Origin: Dicyema japonicum
Taxonomy: Eukaryota > Animalia > Dicyemida
NCBI GenBank assembly: GCA_011109175.1
Contig: RDEW01000015.1
Location: 1,181,481-1,245,480 of the forward strand
DNA length: 64,000 bases
Direction: 5' to 3'
In this document: piece after piece, positions 23,905-34,794 of the stretch
Numbering within the stretch: position 1 is the first letter of the stretch
Layout: every line of letters begins with the position of its first letter
Notes under the pieces: generated by a model
Seen by the model: only the letters and a program-made list of their open reading frames with translations
The model's database searches: none
What the model was told of the DNA's origin: nothing
Program-made: the position numbers and the translations under genes

Positions 23905-25651
23905 ATTTATTTAATAACCTCGAAAAGGGAACACCAAGAAAGAAAGAGTAACCAACTAATTAAGTGATCCCGGTACACCTCAAAAGGATCGAGAGGTTTT
24001 TTGTGTTCTTCCAGAGTACCCACGGCTTTCCTATATCGACGACGATCACCTTCATTAAAATTTGAAGAAAGGTGGGTTTTTTCCCCAATTTACGTGTATT
24101 TGAGGCTTCTAGTTTTGAATGGAAGAAACAACTTGTTCGTGACCATTACAGACCGATAAAACCGGAACTGTTGTTTTTGATTGAAACATGGTCAAGCATT
24201 GGGGGAAAGATCGGGAGGTAGATTCGTTTGACGTACCAATTTGGCCTGTTAGGGAATTGATCTTTACAAATTTGATATTGAAACTCCACAAGCTTATGAG
24301 GCACAAGCATACTCAACCGTCGGTTTTAGAAGTTGATTATACAAGACGACAGCGCACTCCCGTGACGCCTGGACATTAAGAACGATTTTATTATATTTAG
24401 TTTCCTGAGACCCTTTGTCATGACGTTCTTCACATGTTGAGAAAATATCATCAATGTCGGAAAGTCACTCCCAGAATAGTTGGATGAATCTGTAAAGGTA
24501 GAGAATAGTTGGATGAATTTTCCAAATCAGATGAAATTTGTTGATGATTCATCTTCAGTGAGTTTCTTTGCTTAATGAGAAGACGAGGTTCCGAGTCCAG
24601 AGTAGTCATGTAAGATTTGTAAACTGCACGTGGGACAAACAACTTTTCAGCTCGAAAGATTACATAGTTTAGATGGTCCACTGCTTTGTCGATGGAGCAA
24701 AATGAGCTGGGATCAAAATGTAATAGGTTATGGTTAATGAAAAGCTTGAATTGAAATTTCTTTTAGATCTTGAAGGTTGCTTTAATTCTACATGAGTTAT
24801 TGAATCGGATCAGTTTTAATATAATCGGATTATGATAACTATGAAAATCGTAGAAGACGTTCCATGAAATCATCGGGTAATCCTAGAGGAAGCAAAAGAT
24901 ATGTCGGGGAGGTTGGGTTGTCATTTCTTCGTACTGGTGTCCTTATGAGGATGTTCGAGTAATTAAGAATCACCATTTTTTCGAAAGAGTCGATAATTAG
25001 ACTCCCCCTCTTGTCTGCCGACTAAGTACTGAACCATTGGGAATGTTTGGCATTGAAATCTCCACATAGAAACACATTTCGAATTTTTTGTAGTTTGTCG
25101 AGCTTTGGAACATATTTTATTACAACAGGATCCCGGCGGCGGAATGTAAATGTTGAATAGAATAAGATGTTCTGACCCATTAATAAGATCAATAAAAATT
25201 TGTTCTGCGGTCCTGTCGTGTAGAATTAAATCATCCACATGCGAGCTCACATCGTGGAGGATAAACCGTTTTTAATAATGGTAAGTAAGCCGTCACCACG
25301 TCCAATACGGTCTTTTCTGATAAAGATGTATCCAGGAAAAAGGGGTTGTACTTTGTAGAAAGTTTTGACTCCTGGATAAGGCAAATGTCAATCTTGTGCT
25401 TCGATAATAGACATCGTAACTCCAAAATCTTTGTTTTTATACCGTTAGCATTGAGTTGCATAATAACTAGTGGTTTTGGTCAGGTTTTGTTCAATATCTC
25501 CAGAAAGAACTAGAATCCAGAGGAACAAACAACATCTCGAGTTTCCAGCTGAGGTATACCATCCAGGCATACGTGGAGTCTGGATGGGGAAGAGAAAATG
25601 GTTCATTTTGATGTTATTCGACACTGAGCGACCATGAAAGGTGAACCACAT
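23905..25651 (-). mobile_element. LINE family C, internally deleted: 2A-like peptide, APE, late RT, 3' end
   Basis: LVLSGDIEQN(PGP)-KPLVIMQLNANGIKTK..DICLIQESKL, FNIYIPP, then a jump to PTILGVTF and the gggatcacttaa terminus. Confidence 0.8.
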
Positions 25652-26081
25652 GACGCCACGCTAATATTTTTCAAACAAACAGCTATAATTAATGTAATCA
25701 CGTATTATGATTATTGCTTAAATTATTCCAAAGACTAAGGTAAAACCAAACTAATAATTCCTTGATCCTAACAAATTCCAGCAGAATCTTCACTCAAGCA
25801 CAGTGATCCAGAGGACGTTGTTCGGGAGAACTGAAGTCGATTGCAGAACTCGTCGTCAGGGGACGAAGTTTTTTCCCAGTGGAATGTATGGATCCTTTTG
25901 AATGCTGAACAGGAATTTGGACGTTTCCTGAGTAAGATGGATCCATTGAAGCCACCAGAGGGAACGAAGAGAAATCTTCAACAGATAACCGCATGCACCA
26001 CCACCCGACAGTCATTAAAAGCCGTATCAAATTATTCGAGCAAAGATTTGTTAGTCAAAAATTAAATTAATGATTATAAAA

Positions 26082-27650
26082 TTATTTTTTGATTCTGTGC
26101 GTGAATTTTGAAGCTTTACAAGCAATCATTGAGCAAACTTGCCATGTTGTAATAATTAACTCCTGTCCTCAGTCGGTCTCTAAAATAATAAATTTAACGA
26201 TGACAATAGCCAATCAATGGTGAATAGAAGGGCAGCAAAATTCGACCTCAATGTGAATGACTTTAGCATAATTATAACGAGGACAATGCTCGCATTGGGA
26301 ATGGTTGAAGTGCAATGACTGCCAAAGAAATTAGAAATCTTAATATTAAGTAGATATACATTGCTATGACTTATTTGGCTTGGTGAAAGGGGAGTTTTTG
26401 AATGGCTGCACAGAACATGAGCGCACATGTAATGTATGCGGCCGATCCCGAAGCACAAATTGGAACAGACAGAGCCACAGCTGAGCCTGCTTGATTGGAG
26501 TCACACTCAAACTCATTCGTTAAGGCTTCTGATAATTTGGGCACACCACTCAAACTGTATTCAATAGTACATCACAAACCTTGAAGCTGTAGAAATAGAA
26601 ACCAAAAGTCCAGTGAAAAACCCTTCCCATCAAATAGAGTGGATTCCTTCTGGTTACCAAATATATTGTAAGGGGAATGAAAATAAACAGTTGAACAATC
26701 AAGGTGAGCGTCACAGTCAAAGAAAAGTATCCAAGGGAATGAAAGACTGAGTAATATCTGAAGTTTTTGATTATAACTCCAATAATTATCGACATTATTC
26801 CAACCGGCATAAATCAAAATATACATCAAAAGTACAGAAATAACTTTTTGAAGAAATATGTAACAATTTTCTGTATTGCTGTCATAAAATCCAATATTAT
26901 AATAACTTGATCTTTCATGCTGTTAGCGATTAGTCCAAAAAATATGGTAACCACGACAAGTCCTACAAAATCCTCAACTCCCATACCGATAATATTACTT
27001 CCTGGAGTAACCACCAAATCTTTCTTAACCTCCCATTAGTAGAATCTGTATAAACTGTAAGAGTCTATTAATAGTTTTGACATAATACCGATGAGAAAAA
27101 TGCCTCTAACAAATTGTTGGGAATAAGATTTCTTTAATTTAAAAATATTTAATGCCTGAAAAAGTCTGCTAGGAGATCACTGGGAGTCAGACTGGTATCA
27201 GAAACCGTGTCAACATCGGAAGATAAATTAAAAGTATTGCGACCTACATAAATTCAGAGTCAACTTCCCGGTTTTATCAGATAAAAAAATCCAAGAGCAA
27301 TGGAATTCATAATAATGTTGATAAATATGCCATAACTGAGAACAATTCCAATGGTTTTTGTGCTGTCTGCGGGATTCACCGAGGAAATGGCTTGTTGTTA
27401 ATATCATAACTACCCACAAAAATACTTGGAAGAATCAACGGGAGGACTAGCATGTTTAAACAACGTAAGAAAAGTTCTCCCGGGATTCCTATTTTTAGCA
27501 TAAATAGCAACCAATCCAAGTTATTGCATTTTCTGATAAATTGTAGTTTCTTAGCAGAATACCAATACCGAATCCAATCCCAACACAAAGGAATGTGCAC
27601 AGTAATAAGCAATTTAGGCGCAAAATTCGAATTAGCCCAGATCGATTCAT
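26082..27650 (-). CDS. SLC1/EAAT-family (dicarboxylate/amino acid:cation symporter) transporter, divergent; 3' end approximate
   Basis: IPGELFLRCLNMLVLPLI, DFFRNLIPNNLLEA, GLVVVTIFFG, PVGIM, STASS, TIPNAS, IDWLLDRLRTGVN after splicing 21-25 nt introns; several homopolymer indels. Confidence 0.9.
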
Positions 27651-28265
27651 TTTAAAAATATAGTTTATTCCCTTTTATTAAATAAATATTTTATAAACAA
27701 TTTATAATTTTATTAAAAATTATATTTTATTCATGATTTTCACAAAATATTATAAAAAACATAAACTTATGACCTATCGATAGCTAATATGGCTCTTCGT
27801 AAAGTTAAATATTTGGTCATTTACACTGTATAAGATTATAGTCTTCTAAATTTATAAAAAGTTAATCTCAAATTATAATTTTTAAAATAACTAATTATCA
27901 ACTTGTTGTTTTATCATCTATGATTAGCATGAAGTGTCACGTAGTACCTTACCAAAACCATAATATCCTATTATTATCGAACCTAATTATCTGGCATTTC
28001 ATTTATTAACTAAAACCATAATCACGTGTCATTATATAATTTTAAAATGATCTAATATTTCATAAAATTGTGAGTATTGACCAAAAATTAATAAAATATA
28101 TAAGGTTCCTCTAACTATTATTGAAGTCCTTATTGAACAAGGCTGTAGTTCTACCAGTACCGTGTTAGTAATAATAAACTAAGCGGCTCCACCTTGATAA
28201 AGAAAACGTGCTATTGTTTAAGGAAAGTATGTATTCTAAGATCATTAAATCCCAAAAAACACATA

Positions 28266-28565
28266 TAATAATAATAACAGCCTTTTCACGAGAGCTATAA
28301 TATTTATAGCTCCGCATAGGAGGATACACACTATATTTAAGTAAAGAACAGTTAATTTTAACTAATCGTAGAACCAGGGAATGATCTTCACTTTTTTTCT
28401 TTTTCTTGTGTGTGGGTTCCGCAGTGAATATCCACTGATGACGGCGTCACTCGTCAAGCCCTTTTAGCATCGTAGATGCGTGGAACCTTCCACCAGGTGA
28501 ACAGCAGCGAGAATCGAACCCGTAACCTAAGCCACTTTAGCCCGACGCCTAACCACTATGCCACC
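28266..28565 (-). mobile_element. tRNA-derived SINE, subfamily A, full length
   Basis: Near-identical to 5613-5942; perfect 3' hairpin gagctata/tatagctc; (TTA)n tail. Confidence 0.88.
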
Positions 28566-29099
28566 AGAAAACAGATATGACCACAATAATCAGTCGAAAA
28601 TACATATTTTAAAAATCTGGAATTCTCGGTGTCAAGAAAATGAATTACCAAAGGAATGTTTAATCGAAAAATAAGTAAGTCATTCGCTCCTGTTTAATCG
28701 TCTGAGTGATATCAACGTTGACGTAACTCAGTCTTACTGCATTGGTAATCTTTAGGGCGATTTTTTGTCAATAAAGTCAAAAATTGATTTGTTCTTTAAA
28801 ATTGTTTAAAATTTATAAAAATGTAGTTTTTAATAAAAAAAAATATTATATTAATCAAAAGTTATAAAGTCAAAAAAGTCAAAATTTTTGGTTATGTCAA
28901 AAAAGGCCAAAATTAAATTTTTAGGTCAGTAAAATAAAAAATGTTGATTTTTTTTAATTTTTCGAGTTTTTAAATAAAATACTAGCATGGGATCAATTAT
29001 CATCATTCACTGTTCTGCCTTGTCTCCAAGAAAATATTTTTAATGTCATGTCGCCCATTGTCTTTTAACTCTTCGATTATCTCTCAGATAATTGACGCT

Positions 29100-29700
29100 G
29101 TTCTAAGGGATTGTGCAATAGATCGAAGGCTGGGTACGAAGGCATGGGATTAAATGGAAAAGGATTCAGAAATCTTTCCGGGACTACCTTGTTGACTTGA
29201 GTATCGCAATGGGCCCATATCTGTGTAATACGAGTTTTGAACATCCCGCTAAACACAAGACGACTTGGGTGGGCTACCGATACGGGATTAATGGGCAGCC
29301 TATATACAATATTCTATTAAACCGTCAAGAAATGATTAAAAATGGAGATACGAAAAAAAACTTGGTTCACTGTTAGGAGACCCGGAGGATATCAGCAGAA
29401 AAATATCTTCTTTAAGAAAATGTGGAATCTTTTGATACAAAAAGGGCTCATCTCTCTCTGACCTCTGCTAAAATTGTATAACACGTTATAGACTTGCTTT
29501 CCAAGGGAGGCCGAGACGGACATTACCTGTATGTCTAAAAGAAGACTACCAGAGGATCGGAAAAAATTTTAATTCCGTGGATGACCTTGGTGATATTCGA
29601 ATGCGAGCAAGGAACAAAAGGTCCTGGAAATTGATGACACCGAAGATCGTTGAAAGTATATCTCAAGTAAAACCCGATCTAGTCAGAGCAACATGAACGA
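29100..29700 (+). mobile_element. RTE-clade APE fragment
   Basis: YLCNTSFEHPAKHKTTWVG...IYN motif. Confidence 0.55.
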
Positions 29701-30299
29701 TCTCTTAGTTAGCTACGCCGAGATTATATTTTATCAAAAATACTAATTTCTTCCTTGGTAGTCTCTCCCTAATGCAATTCACGAAAATCTTGGGACTGTA
29801 AATAAGAAACTCGAAAATGCAGATGCCCCTGATGTCCTTTGAAAAATCGCCTTCTCAAGGAGAGCGTGGAGGAATCTAACACGGAAGATTGTCCACGGTG
29901 TTGCAGAAGCGACGAGAAGATTACTTTTTTTTAGTTGCGTTTTAAAAAATAATATAAATTTCTTGGATTGACGAGTGACGCTGTTATTAATCAATGCAGA
30001 ACCGGATTGTCTCAGATCTCACATGCAAGCAAAAAGAAAATAAAAAAAGGTTCCCATTCAAAATGGCATTTTTCAAAATAACCTCCAATTAATTTTTCAG
30101 GTTTTAAATAAGTTCATCAATTAACACATTTTAGGTAAAAAAGTCATCTTTTTTAAATCTTATAAAAATTGGTTTTAAAAGGTCCTTCAAGCACAAGCAC
30201 TGTCAGAAGTTGGACTGGAATTAAATTGCAGTTAATGCGAAATCTACAATTGTAGACTTTCAGAACAGAAATATTCAAAAGCTTTGTCATCTTCGGAAA

Positions 30300-31530
30300 T
30301 TTACTGCCTGCAAGTATTCCCACACCGATGAAAACCTTATATTCCTCGGATCCCCAATCACCATAAATGCAATGGGAAAAGCTATGCGCAATAAACGAAT
30401 GTTACTCGGAAAGACTCTGGACCGCTTGTGTCTACTTGGCATGCACACGTCACTATTTTTTAGGATAAACAGTCTCAACCTACAGAGGCTTGCATATTTG
30501 CTGAGGACTACTCCCTATTTCACCCAGTGTAACCAACTCGCATAGATTAATGGGATCTTCCGTACAACAGCGGAGCGTATCTTCAACGTCCGGTTCGAGG
30601 ATTACTCATGGAAGCAAGTCAGTGAGACTCGGAGGGCTTGGAATTTGCAACCCAGTAGACCTTTCTCTCCCTGTTATATCTCTCATCGCTAATGGCCTGT
30701 AACACCCTTGTCAAAAGGATTCTACACTCCTTCCCTGAATTCTCTATTGACAAGAACGCCGGTCATGCTCGTGAGGCCTGGAGCCGTGCTTATCAGATTT
30801 CTCTGCCTTCCTCGTTCTTTCAGAGGGGCCTGTACCATGTTATATGCTGGAATTCTTTCGAAGATTCGCTAGTGTCATCTAGCCAACATCGCCATGCCTG
30901 TTTGTTGTCGGGACGTCTTTCGAGAGCGGTGCCTGGCTCAACGCCGTTCCCAATGGAGTTTTGGGTAACTTCTTGAATGATAAATGCGTCCGTATTGGGA
31001 TCTCATTATGACTGGGATTAAAAGTCTGTTCCACATCCGTGCCGATACGGAGACCAGATCGACTGTTTTGGCTTACATCCTCTTTCCTGCAGGAAAAGTG
31101 CAGACAGATTTCCCATACACATGGCCTTCAACGAAGTCGTTAGGAAAGCTTTGGACGCAGTCGGAAACCCTCCATGCTCGAACCAGTCGGTCTTTGCAGG
31201 TGTGACAGGACGACCAGATGGGATGACTATTTTCCTTTTGAAGCCAGTAAACCATTTGTCTGGGACGTCAACTGCACTGACACGTATGCCCCTTGCAACT
31301 ACTCCAGAGTACCTCTGGGGCCTGTTTTGCTGCTGAGAAGGCCAAGAGGTTGAAACGGCCAAGTACGCGGTCTTAACCAAGGACTTTTTGTTTCCCCCAC
31401 TCGCCGTTGAGACGTCTGGTTCCCTTGCGCCTGCGACGCTGGAATTCTTGAGTCGTCTAGGGAATCGAATTATTTGAGCGAATCTCGCTCGCCATTTTGA
31501 GAGGGAATAGCCACGCAGTCAGGACAGCCG
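30300..31530 (+). mobile_element. CRE-clade element, 3' half
   Basis: LIFLGSPI...RLAYLLRTTP, HPLSCRKSADRFPIHMAFNEVVRKAL, GRPDGMTIF, PPLAVETSG. Confidence 0.8.
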
Positions 31531-31599
31531 CTATATGACCATTTGCTCTCTTTTCTTTACTAAATAAAACAAAAAAATAAAAAATAAAATTATTTTTAA

Positions 31600-31790
31600 G
31601 TTTGACATTAAGACCAATTTTCTTCCATCAGAAAATTCAACCAGGAGATACCAGAGGATCACTCGTCCACTGCGTGCTTGTGTTGGATCGAGGTAAGACC
31701 ACCGGGCCAAGCTGAGAGCCCTATTGTAATTCGCCGGGATCACATAATTCTTGTTTTTGTCTTTAACTATGGTCTTTGGAAATAAATTTT
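31600..31790 (+). mobile_element. LINE family F 3' end
   Basis: LRALL.FAGIT* (gggatcacataa) followed by tggtcttt and ggaaataaa. Confidence 0.6.
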
Positions 31791-32189
31791 AAAATTTCAA
31801 TTTCAACCTATACATAAATTTGAATAATACCCCGACACGTGAATTAGATAAGATAGAGACTATTTCGCAAGTATCAGAATACTTGGACTCTAACTTATCA
31901 AGCATCAATGCTGGGTTAGTTCCCTAATCTTTCGTGATTCGTACATTAAATACACCTCAAACTTAACTTGATCTCCAATAGCATAATTTTACTTGCAACA
32001 ATTATTCTATTCATCCGTCGATAGTATTTGTCGTCACCCACAATTGGTGTTAACTTAAAATCAAAGAATTATACAAAATTGTAATTTATAAATTAAAAAC
32101 CGCTATTAATTCGTTCCTAACGACTCTTACTACTAAACCATTTTCAGATTCATTGAGAACCATGTTTAATGAGAAAAGTTCTAAACGGG

Positions 32190-32410
32190 GAAAGTACGCG
32201 GTCCTACCCGAGGATTTTTTTATTCTGTTCGCGGTTGAAACGTCTGGTTCCCTTGGGCCTGGGATGTTAAAATTATTGAGTCGTCTAGAGAATCGGATTT
32301 ATGCACGAATAGGAGATCCACGTGTGCGCTAGTAGTTAATTTAGCGAATCTCACACGACATCCTTTGAGGGAATAGCCATGCTGTCAGGCAGCCGTTGTA
32401 TGACCTTTTT
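32190..32410 (+). mobile_element. CRE-clade 3' fragment
   Basis: Homologous to 31360-31530 (aagtacgcggtc...gttgaaacgtctggttcccttg...gagggaatagcca). Confidence 0.75.
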
Positions 32411-32525
32411 GTTTATCTTATTTTAACAATAAACCACAATGTTATTTTAAAAAAATAAGATAAATAGGAAGACTAAAAAATTTAGAAGAAATAGAAAATT
32501 TAAACGAATATTAAGACATTGTAAT

Positions 32526-33636
32526 TTATGCATAAATATAAGTATTAGTACATTCCCCAAAAACTGGTTGTTTATCAAATTCTTCTCCATCAATTCCAAA
32601 GGTAACTTCTCTGTCAGGAGGGTAGATTTTAAAGGCTGTAATTTCAATGACACAAATCTTATCAAAGGAATAAAAGTTGGGACTTTTACTAGTCAATAAA
32701 TATTTTAGTTTTTCATATCTGCTTTCTGAGGAAACCAAATACTACAAATTATTAACTAAAATACCAAATTAGCAGTTCCACTAAACGAACTGAATCCTTT
32801 GAGTCCTCCTGCAGACTTACCAAAGTGAGAATGTCCAGAAACAACAACACAACAAAATTTCCAATAATCTTCTTCCAACCTGCAGGAATATCTTCTGATT
32901 CCACAAAAAGATCTCTAAGGAAAGGTTTTACTGGTTTGTCGAAGTCGACTGGTTTGTACAAAATTTTGTATTCATCATTCGTATATGGGTCTTTTAACTA
33001 AATTATTAATATAACACGTAAGTAGAAGCTTCATTGCTGTAAACGGAATCTTTAATGACCGATAAGCTGTTCTCCCACTTTTTATGTCTACGTCAGCAAG
33101 CAATCCAAATGAAATGACTATAAAAGCTTTCATATTCTTTTTCTCATGTGGTAGCACTATGGAAAATGAATTCATATTTCTAGTTCGTTTTTCATTGTAT
33201 GCCGAAATACAGTTGTTAGTATATTCCGCTAGGGTACGGCAACTGCAATAATGTTAAGGGAATACTTCAGACTATCAAACAAACTTGTATAAATTCCGTT
33301 TTCCGTTCCACCTGGAAAAAACATTAAGGGAATGTCATAACAATCACAATTTCTTTCATACAAAACATTCATAGACTAAAACTTGAAAATTGTTAAAACT
33401 CTGAAAATGGTTCCCGCACCTCCTATAAAAACGATGCAATCCGTAGTCACATTGTCTATGGTAAGCATATGATATGTTATGTGGTCATAATTACCTGGGC
33501 TTAGTTAATATAAACTTGTAATTATTACTTCATGTTTAATGTTACAATAAACTAACAAATTTCTAAAGCTCTTTTTAAAAAAAATTTCAGATTCGTTTGA
33601 CCCTGAATTTGGATTTATTACTATTAGCATTTGCAT
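32526..33636 (-). CDS. Sphingosine-kinase-like (DAGK catalytic family) protein, copy 1
   Basis: MLIVINPNSG, IGGAGT (canonical GGDG/SGDG), FPGGTENG, SFGLLADVDIKS, IDGE; 5 introns of 21-25 nt; one T missing near 32860. Confidence 0.8.
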
Positions 33637-34249
33637 TCTCTGTCCAATTAAATTATTAAATATTTTAATTTACACATTTAATATTTTATATTAAAAATAA
33701 ATATATTATTCGAATTAATCCTAAATTTTGAATTTTTGTTAGGATCTAAGACAGGACCAATCTCCTTCGAGTTCCTTGTTAAAAAAACTGACGCCTGATT
33801 TATTTATTATGTACATCTGCTTATAACGTGACCATGAGATTCCCGATATTTAATTAATTTAGTCAAATAGATAATATGAATATTTAATTTATTCATAAAT
33901 TGCAGATCATGAAAATTTTATTTTATTCAAAATAATAGCTAACTAATTAAATATATAGGGTCTCACGTCGCATAAAATGAGAGACATTCGAATATCATAC
34001 AAAAGTCTATCCATAGCCAGTAGAAAGGAAGAAAGCATACATTCCTTGCAATGAGAATTCCTCAATGGAGTGGGGGAGCAAATAATCCTTTTTCACCCAG
34101 TGGAGGAATGAAATCTGTGATCAGTTGAATATTAAGTCAGGGAGAATCTCGTCAAAAATGTTGAACGTTAGGTCAAGGCGATTGGTCCTAGTTTGTTCAC
34201 CATTTGAAACATCTAAAACGGATCAGAGAAATAAAACATTGTAGTCTTT

Positions 34250-34720
34250 TACCACCCTAAGGATCACTGGGTCTAAAAAAAGAAGTAAATGTTCTCAACT
34301 AACTAAGTGATCCCAGACCGACAAGAAAGATGACGAGTCCAACGGGGTCGAGAATCCTGTACAGCTTTTTTATCGGGCAAACTTTCTGTATGATTGTAGA
34401 TACTTTGATAAAGTATGGAACAGGAAGTAGCTCGGTAGACTATCCGCCTTTAAAAGAAATTTTTAATGGGGTGGATTTTGTATTCTGATCCAATTAACTT
34501 TATTGCAGCCTCCTGGATTGGGGATAGTTTCAAGGACAAAGAGCGTGAAACCTGCATTGCCCACGAAGGACATGCATGCGTCATCGTGGGTCGGATAAAT
34601 TGTTCTTAAACTGTAGCAAGGCTCTCAGTTTGGTCTTTAAGTGTTCTTGAGAGTTCTTTTAGGATTCTCATTTTCTTCAGAGTAGAACATACTTTGTTCT
34701 CAACATGTCGGATAAAAGAG
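34250..34720 (-). mobile_element. LINE family B 3' fragment, diverged
   Basis: Matches 5270-5460 and 55740-56190, including gggatcacttag...gacccagtgatcc. Confidence 0.75.
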
Positions 34721-34794
34721 AGTCCCTGATCAAAAGGTGACCCCCGTAGTTCCCTTCCAATAGATGGTTTGATAGATGGGAGAAAGGCAATATA

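Noticed and set aside
26180-26230. Apparent loss of the DRxRT substrate motif in SLC1 (ORF track reads DWLLSSLNLLF*)
   Set aside because: Removing the 25-nt intron gtcatcgttaaatttattattttag restores DWLLDRLRTGVN.
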